From the NCBI GenBank assembly GCA_963833985.1, contig CAWIAD010000002.1, forward strand, positions 896,001 through 960,000: a stretch of DNA of 64,000 nucleotides, read 5' to 3'. The DNA is from an uncultured Planctomycetaceae bacterium (GTDB taxonomy: Bacteria; Planctomycetota; Planctomycetia; Isosphaerales; Isosphaeraceae). Position numbers and translations under genes: made by a program. A model generated the notes under the pieces. It was not told where the DNA came from, made no database searches, and saw only the letters and a program-made list of their open reading frames with translations. This document shows positions 21,494 to 29,938 of the stretch, in pieces. Positions within the stretch are counted from its first letter, which is position 1; each line of letters starts with the position of its first letter.

Positions 21494-23023
21494 ATGGCGG
21501 CAACTACCAAATACCTCGCGCTGGATCTGGGTGCGGAAAGCGGGCGGGGGCTGCTGGGCCGGTTCGATGGCGAGCGGCTCGCACTCGAGGAGATCCACCG
21601 TTTCCCCAATGGTCCGGTCAAGCTGCTCGACACGATCCACTGGGACCTTCCCCGGCTGTTTGAGGAGATGAAGACGGCCTTGCGGAAAACAGCCACCCTG
21701 GCGGGTGACGGCACCCTCGACGGTGTCGGAGTAGACACCTGGGGTGTCGATTTCGGCCTGGTCGGGCGCGGGGACGTCCTGCTGGGAAACCCGGTGCATT
21801 ATCGGGATGCGCGGACGGAACGCATGATGGAGGCAGCCTTTCGTAAGGTTCCTCGCGAGCAGATCTATCAGGTCACGGGCTTGCAGTTTCTGCCGTTCAA
21901 TACGATCTACCAGTTGCTGGCTCTCAAGGAGACGCGGTCACCACTGCTGGATGTGGCTGAGACCCTGCTCATGATGCCCGATCTCTTCGGCTGGCTGTTG
22001 ACGGGTCAGCGCGCGGGCGAACGTACGGATGCCTCGACGACCCAGCTTCTCGACCCGCGTACGGGAGCATGGTCCGATTCGCTCTGCCGGTCTCTTGACC
22101 TGCCCCGAGCGATCTTGCCGGACCTGATCGAGCCAGGCAGCGAGCTGGGAGCGCTGCGTCTGTCCGTTCAGGAGGAGGTGGGGATGGCCAGACCCGTGAC
22201 TGTGATCGCGCCGGCGACGCACGATACGGCAAGTGCCGTGGCGGCGGTACCGGCGCACGGCCCTGCGTCATCCTCCGCGTCATCCTCCGCGCCGGTGGAC
22301 TGGTGCTACCTGAGTTCGGGCACCTGGTCGCTGCTCGGCGTGGAAGTTCCGCAACCGGTGATCAATGCCGAAACAATGCGGTATAATTTCACCAACGAGG
22401 GGGGCGTGGCGGGGACGACTCGATTGCTCAAGAACATCATGGGACTCTGGCTCGTCCAGGAGAGCCGTCGGACCTGGGCACGCACCGGGCGGGAAATGAC
22501 TTACGAGGAGCTGACCGCTCGAGCCCAGGCTGCCCCTCCTTTTACCGCACTGGTCGACCCGGACGACTCATCCTTCCTGGCACCCGGCGACATGCCTGCG
22601 CGGCTGGCTGCATTCTGCACGCGGACCGGTCAGCAGCCTCCACCCGACGAGGGAGCCCTGGTCCGCTGCTGCCTGGAGAGCCTGGCGCTGAAGTACCGGT
22701 GGACGATCGAGCGGCTGGAATCCATACTGGGAACCACCATCAAGACGATTCACGTGGTGGGTGGCGGGAGCCGGAACTCGCTGCTCTGCCAGTTCACCGC
22801 GGATGCCTGCGGCCGGCCTGTGCACGCGGGCCCCGTCGAGGCAACGGCGATCGGCAATATCCTGATGCAAGCGATCGCGCGGGGCAGGCTCGCCTCGATC
22901 GCGGATCTCCGTGCGGTGGTGGCGCACTCGTTCCCGGTCATCGTCCATGAGCCGCAAAATCGCACAGCCTGGACAGATGCCGCCCTCCAATTCAACGCGC
23001 TTCTTGAGCGATCCGCATCCTGA
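21494..23023 (+). CDS. rhaB: Rhamnulokinase (FGGY family)
   Basis: LDLGAESGR, GVDTWGVDF, YRDART, THDTASAV, SSGTWSLLG, FTNEGG, KNIMGLW, GPVEATAIGN. Confidence 0.9.
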   Translation: MAATTKYLALDLGAESGRGLLGRFDGERLALEEIHRFPNGPVKLLDTIHWDLPRLFEEMKTALRKTATLAGDGTLDGVGVDTWGVDFGLVGRGDVLLGNPVHYRDARTERMMEAAFRKVPREQIYQVTGLQFLPFNTIYQLLALKETRSPLLDVAETLLMMPDLFGWLLTGQRAGERTDASTTQLLDPRTGAWSDSLCRSLDLPRAILPDLIEPGSELGALRLSVQEEVGMARPVTVIAPATHDTASAVAAVPAHGPASSSASSSAPVDWCYLSSGTWSLLGVEVPQPVINAETMRYNFTNEGGVAGTTRLLKNIMGLWLVQESRRTWARTGREMTYEELTARAQAAPPFTALVDPDDSSFLAPGDMPARLAAFCTRTGQQPPPDEGALVRCCLESLALKYRWTIERLESILGTTIKTIHVVGGGSRNSLLCQFTADACGRPVHAGPVEATAIGNILMQAIARGRLASIADLRAVVAHSFPVIVHEPQNRTAWTDAALQFNALLERSAS

Positions 23024-23085
23024 GACCCTTGTCCGGTGAGTGACTGGAGCGACCCGCACAACAGATGGGGTCGTCGCAATGCCAC

Positions 23086-23688
23086 TCAGCGCCTGGGCAC
23101 GTCTTCACCGCAAAAACGGCACACGATCGCGCTCATGTGAAGCGGCTTGCCGCACTGGGGGCAGACGCGCAGGCCGGCTTCCTGCTGGAAGACGGGTGCG
23201 GGATGACCGGAATCCAGAGCGACCGGTGAAGCGCTGGTGAGAGCCTGGTACGAGGTGGTTGACGTCCCCTCGGGCTGCGGCGCATTCGGGGCGGAGGCCG
23301 GAAAGCGGCTTGCCCACTGCTGCAAACGTTCCAGGTCGGCGGCGTCCATGTCCTGGGTTCGCCCCATGGAGGCAGGTATGCGATCCTCACCCCTGGCGCG
23401 GCCTCCCGCGGCCACGGCGCTGGCCCAGACAGACTCGGGCACAGGCACGACGCGGCCGCAATCGGGGCATTTCCCCGCTTCGGGGCGTTCCTCGGCGCGG
23501 ACTTTCAGGCGCCTGCCGCAAGGGCAATGAAAACGCACATAACCATCCTCCGTCCCAAAGGTGGCCTGCGGTTGGGACTGGCTACGGCGCACGCGTATCC
23601 TGGCACCGCAACGTGGGCACACCAACCGTTCCGGGTCGTCGGCCGACACGTTGAGCGTTTCACCACAACGGCAGGTTACCCGTGCCAT
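23086..23688 (-). CDS. Hypothetical protein with three putative zinc-ribbon modules
   Basis: Six Cys pairs: CRCG/CPRCG, CPCG/CPDCG, CPQCG/CRFCG, separated by low-complexity linkers. Confidence 0.7.
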   Translation of the reverse strand: MARVTCRCGETLNVSADDPERLVCPRCGARIRVRRSQSQPQATFGTEDGYVRFHCPCGRRLKVRAEERPEAGKCPDCGRVVPVPESVWASAVAAGGRARGEDRIPASMGRTQDMDAADLERLQQWASRFPASAPNAPQPEGTSTTSYQALTSASPVALDSGHPAPVFQQEAGLRVCPQCGKPLHMSAIVCRFCGEDVPRR

Positions 23689-23752
23689 CTTGGCCCCTTC
23701 TTGATGGGATCGGCTGCCGGCAGGAGCGCACGGCTGCTTTGAGGGTCCGGGC

Positions 23753-24628
23753 TCAAACCCGGATGGCTGCTGGCTTGAACAGGCTCTCGAGCGGGATCAG
23801 CCCGTTCAGGCTGCCGGATCGGAAGCCCTCGAGATCGAGGGTGATGAACTTGAAGCCCAGGGCATGAAAGGCGGGCACCAGGGCGCTGCGGACCTCCGGT
23901 TGCACCAGCCGGGGCAGGTCATCGAGCGAGACCTCGACGCGGGCCAGGTCCCCCTTGTGGTAACGCACGCGCAGGTATCTTAACCCCTGCTGGCGCAGCC
24001 ACTGCTCCGCCTGGTCGATCATGCGAACGCGCTCGGGAGTGACTTCCTCGCCGTAGGCAATGCGGCTGGAGAGGCAGGGAGTTGCCGGCTTGTCCCACGT
24101 GGGCAGGCCCCAGGCTTTTGCCAGGGCGCGCACGTCCTGCTTGCCAAGGCCGCATTCCTGGAGGGGATGACGGACGCCATTCTCGCTGGCGGCACGCAGA
24201 CCCGGGCGGTGTTCCCCCATGTCGTCCTGGTTGGCCCCCGAGGCAATCACATCGACTTCCAGCTCGCCGAGCAGCCCGGAAAGCCGGGAGTACAGCTCGC
24301 TCTTGCAGAAATAGCAGCGATCCGGCGCATTGCGCAGGTAATTAGGATCCGCGAATTCCTCGGTGCGGATCACCCGGTGGCGGATGCCGATCCGCCGCGC
24401 CAGGTCCTGTGCTTCTTCCAGTTCGCCCGACGCCAGGCTGTCAGACACCGCCGTCACGGCAATCGCGGCATCGCCGTGGGCCAGGTACGCGGCCTGCGCC
24501 ACGACGGTGCTGTCGATCCCTCCTGAATAGGCCACCGCGACCCGGCCGTATCCCTGCAAAGTCCCGATCAAGCGATCACGTTGAGCCACCAGCGACGGCT
24601 CCGTGCCGGTCCATGAGCTTGAGCTCAA
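23753..24628 (-). CDS. larE: LarE-family PP-loop sulfur insertase
   Basis: PP-loop AYSGGIDS, RCYFCK, HRPG, WDKPATPCLSSRI, VRYH, GFRSGSLN; TTG start after GGGAGG. Confidence 0.9.
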   Translation of the reverse strand: MSSSSWTGTEPSLVAQRDRLIGTLQGYGRVAVAYSGGIDSTVVAQAAYLAHGDAAIAVTAVSDSLASGELEEAQDLARRIGIRHRVIRTEEFADPNYLRNAPDRCYFCKSELYSRLSGLLGELEVDVIASGANQDDMGEHRPGLRAASENGVRHPLQECGLGKQDVRALAKAWGLPTWDKPATPCLSSRIAYGEEVTPERVRMIDQAEQWLRQQGLRYLRVRYHKGDLARVEVSLDDLPRLVQPEVRSALVPAFHALGFKFITLDLEGFRSGSLNGLIPLESLFKPAAIRV

Positions 24629-24691
24629 GTCACACCTCCCTCGGTTGATCGGGCGGGGCAATGGTTGTGGGGTAGGGACGCGTTTAAACAG

Positions 24692-24720
24692 ATTCTAAGG
24701 CACGGCACAGTGTACCTCAA
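24692..24720 (-). promoter_or_regulatory. Candidate sigma70-type promoter directly upstream of larE
   Basis: Minus strand TTGAGG (24720-24715), 17-nt spacer, TAGAAT (24697-24692). Confidence 0.45.
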
Positions 24721-25895
24721 GCCGTCTCACGCGTGCCGGACTCTTTCTGAGCCGCCAGATCGCTGAGGCGCTCGACCACCTGGACGATGCGGCCAATGGC
24801 CTCCTCAACTTCGGATTCCGTCGTGCTGGCTCCCAGGCTGAAGCGAACCGAAGACCGCAACCGATTGTCGGGCAAGTGCATGGCCAGGAGCGTGGGCGAC
24901 AGACGGCTCGCGCCACTGGCACACGCCGAGCCCAGAGAGACGGCAATGCCGGCCAGGTCAAGCTGCATCAGCAGGGCGTCGCCGTCGAGCCCGACGAATC
25001 CCAGGTTGACCGTCTGGGGAAGCCGCGAGGCGGCGTCCGCCGGACCGTTGCGGATGACGCGCTCCGTGCCCAGAGCGGTGATCAGCCCGGTTTCCAGGCG
25101 GTCGCGGAGTGCACGCCAGCGAGACATCCGGGCCTCCGCAGCGAGATGCCAGCGCTCCAGGGCCGCGGCCAGCCCAACCGCCAGCGGGACTGCAAGCGTC
25201 CCGGGCCGCCGTCCTTGCTGCTGACCGCCGCCGACTAGCCACGACTGGAGCCGGAACCCCTTGCGGATCAGCAGCAATCCCACTCCTGGAGGACCGTGAA
25301 ACTTGTGGGCGCTGGCGGCCAGGGTGGCAACGCCCAGCGCGTGGAAGTGCACGGGAATTCGCCCGACCGCCTGGACCGCGTCGGTGTGGATCGGAATTCC
25401 CTGGACCCGGGCCAGCCCGGCAAGCTGCTGCACCGGCTGAATGGCACCTGTCTCGTTGTTGGCCAGGATCAGTGTGGCCAGCCGCGTGTGCTCGCTGAAC
25501 AGCGCGGCCATGGCCTCCACATCGGCGATCCCCTCGGTACTCACCGGCGGCCGATCCACCCGGAACTTCTCGGACTCCAGCCGGGCTACCGCCTCGGCCA
25601 CCGCGGGGTGCTCGATCGGACTGCAAACCACATGACCCGGACCTTCATCAAACCGCGCCATACCGAATATGGCCAGATTGTTGGCCTCGGTCCCGCCGGA
25701 TGTGAATACCACCTCGCCGGGCTCCGCTCCCAGGATCTGTGCCACCGCTTCCTTGGCCCGCTCCCAGACGCGCCGCGCCTGCCTTCCGGCCGAGTGCCGG
25801 CTCTCGGCGTTCCCACCCGCAAGAAAGTGCGGGCGCATCGCCTCGAGTACCTCGGGATCGAGCGGCGTCGTGGCGTTGTGATCGAGGTAAATCAA
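24717..25895 (-). CDS. Cysteine desulfurase (IscS/NifS group I, PLP-dependent)
   Basis: IYLDHNATT, FTSGGTEANN, NNETG, HTDAVQ, SAHKFHGP (PLP Lys), SLGSACASG (catalytic Cys). Confidence 0.92.
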   Translation of the reverse strand: MIYLDHNATTPLDPEVLEAMRPHFLAGGNAESRHSAGRQARRVWERAKEAVAQILGAEPGEVVFTSGGTEANNLAIFGMARFDEGPGHVVCSPIEHPAVAEAVARLESEKFRVDRPPVSTEGIADVEAMAALFSEHTRLATLILANNETGAIQPVQQLAGLARVQGIPIHTDAVQAVGRIPVHFHALGVATLAASAHKFHGPPGVGLLLIRKGFRLQSWLVGGGQQQGRRPGTLAVPLAVGLAAALERWHLAAEARMSRWRALRDRLETGLITALGTERVIRNGPADAASRLPQTVNLGFVGLDGDALLMQLDLAGIAVSLGSACASGASRLSPTLLAMHLPDNRLRSSVRFSLGASTTESEVEEAIGRIVQVVERLSDLAAQKESGTRETA

Positions 25896-25919
25896 GCGCG
25901 AGTCGCCCGCAGGTTTGCA

Positions 25920-26261
25920 TCAGCCCAGAGATCGTAGCGTGAGTAACAACCCGACAAGGAATAGAGGTATTCCAAGAAGGAACAGCGGCCCGGCCCAGAG
26001 AGCCATCCCGATCACCATGAGCGTGAAGCCGAGCGTGATGCCCGCCAGGCGGCCGAGCAGCCCCATGATCGCCATAAAAAGCTGAAAAGGCAAGCGCACC
26101 AGGAACCAGACTGCCCTGGCGGCTCCTTTCAGTAACCACCCGGGCGTGCGCAGGATCGCATGCGCAGCAGCCTTCAGAGGCGCGAACGGATCACGATGGT
26201 AGCCATAGACTTCAGACAGGCGACCGACCGATCTCTGGGACGATGGCAGGGCTCGTATCAT
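25920..26261 (-). CDS. Small hypothetical membrane protein
   Basis: Strongly hydrophobic C-terminal half (LFMAIMGLLGRLAGITLGFTLMVIGMALW...LFLVGLLLTL); start uncertain. Confidence 0.55.
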   Translation of the reverse strand: MIRALPSSQRSVGRLSEVYGYHRDPFAPLKAAAHAILRTPGWLLKGAARAVWFLVRLPFQLFMAIMGLLGRLAGITLGFTLMVIGMALWAGPLFLLGIPLFLVGLLLTLRSLG

Positions 26262-26659
26262 TGCCGACTGGCCTTGTTTCCCGCGACGATCTTGGTTAGA
26301 TAACGCTGCACGGATCAAGTTTCGGACAGGAGACCGGAGTCGACTCTGTTCGGTGACAATGCGGCTTGATGTACGCATTGACACGTCGGACTCAATGCAA
26401 GCACGCTCGGCTTCTTGGCTGGAGCGGGAATGCGGGTCCCTTATAGCCTTCGTCGCCCGGCCCCCGGTCGTTAACTTCTTCTCGAGACTTCGACGGAACG
26501 AAAGCGGGTAGGCGCCGTCCAGGCCGGTCTTCCGGTTCAAGGATTCGCTGCGGGTCTACTCGATTATTTCGGCGGAACACGTTTTGGCAAGCTAGCTCCC
26601 GGCCCACGCCAAGGTCAACCTTTCCGGCATTACCGGGTCAAGGCAAGGAGGCCACGACC

Positions 26660-27628
26660 GTGCGACAGGTTATTTTCGTCGTGGTGATGCTGGCAGCGGC
26701 CTTTGCAGGAGGAGCGCTGGTCAACGGCGCGGCCGTCCGCTGGGTCCAGGCCCGATTGCTCGACTATATGGGCCTCAAGGACGGCGGCGAGATTGCCTCC
26801 GTCGATCTGTCACAAAACCCAGGTGACCCGGTCGACCCCCATCGTCCAGGTAGCCCCCCGGCGGCCAGCTCGCCAGGCACGCAGCGTGGCGAACCGGTTG
26901 CCGGCGGCCAGCCTGACACAAAAGACCGGGCGGACCTACCAGCAGGCGGGCCGGCTCGACCTTTCTCGCCGAGCCCTGCGTCCAGAAGCAATCTGACCTC
27001 GGATCAGAAGCCCGGCGGCGCAGTGGCTGGCACGCCCCGCGGTCAACAACTCTCACCGGCGCCGCTAGACAAGGATTCATTCCCCGGGCAAGCCGCGGCG
27101 AATCTTCGACCCGGTCAGCCCAACGGGAATCCGGCATCGATGCCAACCCCCGCTCCGCTGGACCCGAGCGTTGGTACGGCGTTGCTGGCTTCTCGATCGC
27201 CTTCCCTGTCTCTGTCCGGACCCATGGACCAGGTTGCAACAGCGGCCATTCCCCTGGAAACCGCTCCTACAGGCACAAGCGGGATGCGCCCCCTTCCGGC
27301 ATTAGCCGGAATGCCCGAGCCTTCGGTCATGACGCCCTCCGCCACGCGGGCCCCAGCGCCCCTCAGCCCCCGCGACTCCCGGCCGACGCAGGATTGGGCG
27401 GCCCTGCGCCGCAAGCTGCAAACACTGGGTGTGACAAGATACAGCATCGAGGGCGAGCCTGGCGGTCGGGTGGTCTTCTGGTGCCTCATTCCGCTTGCTG
27501 GCCGCCAGGCGGTATCACAGCGCTTCGAGGGAGAGGGAGAGGACGAGTTCTACGCCGCTCAGGCTGCGCTACGGCGCATGGCGCTCTGGCGTGCAACCAG
27601 GCCCTCTGACCATGCAGCCGTGCGGTGA
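26660..27628 (+). CDS. Hypothetical exported/anchored protein with Pro-rich linker and compact C-terminal domain
   Basis: GTG after AAGGAGG; N-terminal hydrophobic helix; C-terminal LRRKLQTLGVTRYSIEG...FWCLIP...RFEGEG. Confidence 0.65.
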   Translation: MRQVIFVVVMLAAAFAGGALVNGAAVRWVQARLLDYMGLKDGGEIASVDLSQNPGDPVDPHRPGSPPAASSPGTQRGEPVAGGQPDTKDRADLPAGGPARPFSPSPASRSNLTSDQKPGGAVAGTPRGQQLSPAPLDKDSFPGQAAANLRPGQPNGNPASMPTPAPLDPSVGTALLASRSPSLSLSGPMDQVATAAIPLETAPTGTSGMRPLPALAGMPEPSVMTPSATRAPAPLSPRDSRPTQDWAALRRKLQTLGVTRYSIEGEPGGRVVFWCLIPLAGRQAVSQRFEGEGEDEFYAAQAALRRMALWRATRPSDHAAVR

Positions 27629-27819
27629 ACCGCGAGCGAGCAGATCCGTCCACGCCGTGGCCCTGTCAGCCTGATGTCGGAATCCGTCAGAATGTTACCC
27701 CCGAATCGACACGCCCGTATAATGAATGACACAGCCGGTATTTACAGAATGGGCGGCAAAGTCCGCCTGCCAGGTCGGCGCTTGCTGCCTCCCATCACGC
27801 TGAGAGGAAGGGGCCAAAT

Positions 27820-28353
27820 ATGGCCAGGGCGTCACGATTGAGGCTTCTCTTGATCGTCACGGGAAGTACACTTCGCGCCGAGGAAATGGACCGGCCGCTG
27901 GGGTATTATCTCAAGCAGAAGATTGAACGAGCCCTGGCTACCCGAGCCAAGGACCCTGGCACCAAACCCGGACACGACCTGTCTGACTACCAGGTCCGGG
28001 TGATCGCGGACTTTCGGTGGATTCATGATGAGTTCCTGCAAAGCCTGCCGACGATCTCTCTGGGTGGACCAGGCGTTAATGCCCTGTCACATCGCTGGCT
28101 CGAAGAGGTGCCCATATCGCTTGCATTCAACGAACGTTATTTCATTCAAATGGATCCTGACCTGAGCGAGCCGCGCGTGAGTATCTGGGGCATGGATAAC
28201 CCTACCACCCAGATTGCGGCCTCGGTGTTCCTGGATCGGTTTCTGGATCCTTTCCTGGAACGGTGTACACTGGTGCCGGCCGTGTCCTTCGAGCCTGATG
28301 ATGAAGCTGAAGGGGAGAACGACATCGAGAGCGGCAATGCCGACGACGATTGA
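27820..28353 (+). CDS. Hypothetical protein with acidic tail
   Basis: Globular-looking ORF (LRAEEMDRPLGY, TISLGGPGVNAL, SIWG); purine-rich RBS; TATAAT at 27718. Confidence 0.7.
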   Translation: MARASRLRLLLIVTGSTLRAEEMDRPLGYYLKQKIERALATRAKDPGTKPGHDLSDYQVRVIADFRWIHDEFLQSLPTISLGGPGVNALSHRWLEEVPISLAFNERYFIQMDPDLSEPRVSIWGMDNPTTQIAASVFLDRFLDPFLERCTLVPAVSFEPDDEAEGENDIESGNADDD

Positions 28354-28678
28354 GTGATGTTCACAGCCTGAGCACAATGCTTGGGTCTGGCGATCGGCCA
28401 CGGATTTGCTTGTCAGTCCCTCGGTCCAGGTTCGCAGATGCAGGATTGGCGAAAAGCAGGCGGGCGCGACGAAATCTCAGTCGTGTCGTATGCTTACAAA
28501 AGGAGCATAGCGAGAGTCGGAACAGCACAGGGACACGTTCGGCCCTGGTTCGACCACGATGCGACCGCACTCCGTGCACAGCGCCATAGGCTGCGGAGTC
28601 CGGCTGCTGAAGCTGTCTCACCTCCAGGCCATGATGGCCATTCGGCGGCTTTTGGACCACGGAAGGAGCAGGTGGATC

Positions 28679-29836
28679 ATGAGAACGCGCAATCCCGGGC
28701 TGATCAAGCAATCACCAGCCGAGCACACCAGGATTCCTGGTTCCCAGCCTGCCGATGGCGACAGGCGCGCCTTGAAGGTCGGGCTGCTCCCGGGGCTTCT
28801 TCTGAGCATGTCGCTCTTCGCGCCCGCTCAATTCCTATCAGATTGCCGGGCTGCGGAAGGACCGCCGAATTCCCGGGCCAGCTCCGCACGGTCCCGGTTC
28901 GTTCTGGTGCGGCGATCGGTCGCCCAGGACCAGGGTGCCTGGATTGTGGATTACCAGTTGCGGCAAACGGGCGCGCAGGGCATGATTCTCGCCCGTTCCG
29001 AAATTGGAGCAGTCATCGAAGGCTGGGTTTCCAACACGCGCGTGGCCAGCCACACGGTACCCCGGTTCTCCAGGGTGACAGTGAGCGGCAGTTCAACGGC
29101 TTCCGGAACCGGTGAGGTGATCACCTCGAGTGATGAGTCGGTCCGTTGCCGCGAACGCGTCGTCGTTTCTCTGTGGTCCAATGATGGTCCGCTTCCGGAG
29201 AGCGATCTATCGACCCTGGTGAGCCTGGCTCCCGGGGCCCTGGTTCATTTGCGCCTCCGGCTCGAGCATCAGCACGTGCTCTACGGAGACTACGATCCCC
29301 TTCTGGGCGTGCGTGCGGTGAGATTGACCCTGGGCGCCTCATCCCTGCGTGACCAGGTGGCACTCGATTGCGAGCACTACCTGGCGCAGCCCCGGTACTC
29401 ATGGCCCGAACCCCCCGACGATCGCCGCGACACACGCTATTTCGTCTCGCCTCCTGACAGCCTCCACCTGGAAGCCCACGTTCCCGGGCACCAGTACTAC
29501 CGCTACCCGGAACGCCCGGTCCGTTACGGCACGAAGATGCGGCTCCGCTTCTGGTATCTGATTGCCGCGGGAACCGAGGGAGAATGCCGGGCCAGGCTCG
29601 CTCAGTACAAGGACACGCCCACCTCATGGCGGGTGTTGTCGGAGAGCGGCTTCGAGCAGGTTCTGGAGACCGTGGGCCGCTGGACCAAGGTGGAGCGAAT
29701 CGTCCATGCCGACCCGGAGGCCACGACCATGGCCCTGGATTTCCGGATCGTCCAGGAAACCAATGTCGGAGAGATGTGGATTGACGATGTGAGCCTTGAA
29801 CCAGTGCTTGGCTCGACGACGCAGGAGAACCCTTGA
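28679..29836 (+). CDS. Hypothetical secreted protein with C-terminal carbohydrate-binding-like beta-sandwich
   Basis: ATG after GGAAGGAG; hydrophobic segment LLPGLLLSMSLFAPA; C-terminal ...LRFWY...WTKVE...GEMWIDDVSL resembles CBM4/9-type modules. Confidence 0.6.
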   Translation: MRTRNPGLIKQSPAEHTRIPGSQPADGDRRALKVGLLPGLLLSMSLFAPAQFLSDCRAAEGPPNSRASSARSRFVLVRRSVAQDQGAWIVDYQLRQTGAQGMILARSEIGAVIEGWVSNTRVASHTVPRFSRVTVSGSSTASGTGEVITSSDESVRCRERVVVSLWSNDGPLPESDLSTLVSLAPGALVHLRLRLEHQHVLYGDYDPLLGVRAVRLTLGASSLRDQVALDCEHYLAQPRYSWPEPPDDRRDTRYFVSPPDSLHLEAHVPGHQYYRYPERPVRYGTKMRLRFWYLIAAGTEGECRARLAQYKDTPTSWRVLSESGFEQVLETVGRWTKVERIVHADPEATTMALDFRIVQETNVGEMWIDDVSLEPVLGSTTQENP

Positions 29837-29938
29837 GCGGCCAGGGCGGTCCCTTGCGGTGGGGTGCAGGGGCAGAGTATCACGGAATGGCGCACTTCCG
29901 CGCTCGATGGAACGCGCCACTCGCCTGGACCATGGCTC

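Noticed and set aside
22265..22291. 12-bp tandem duplication in rhaB (ASSS-ASSS)
   Set aside because: In-frame low-complexity loop expansion with no sign of function or phase variation
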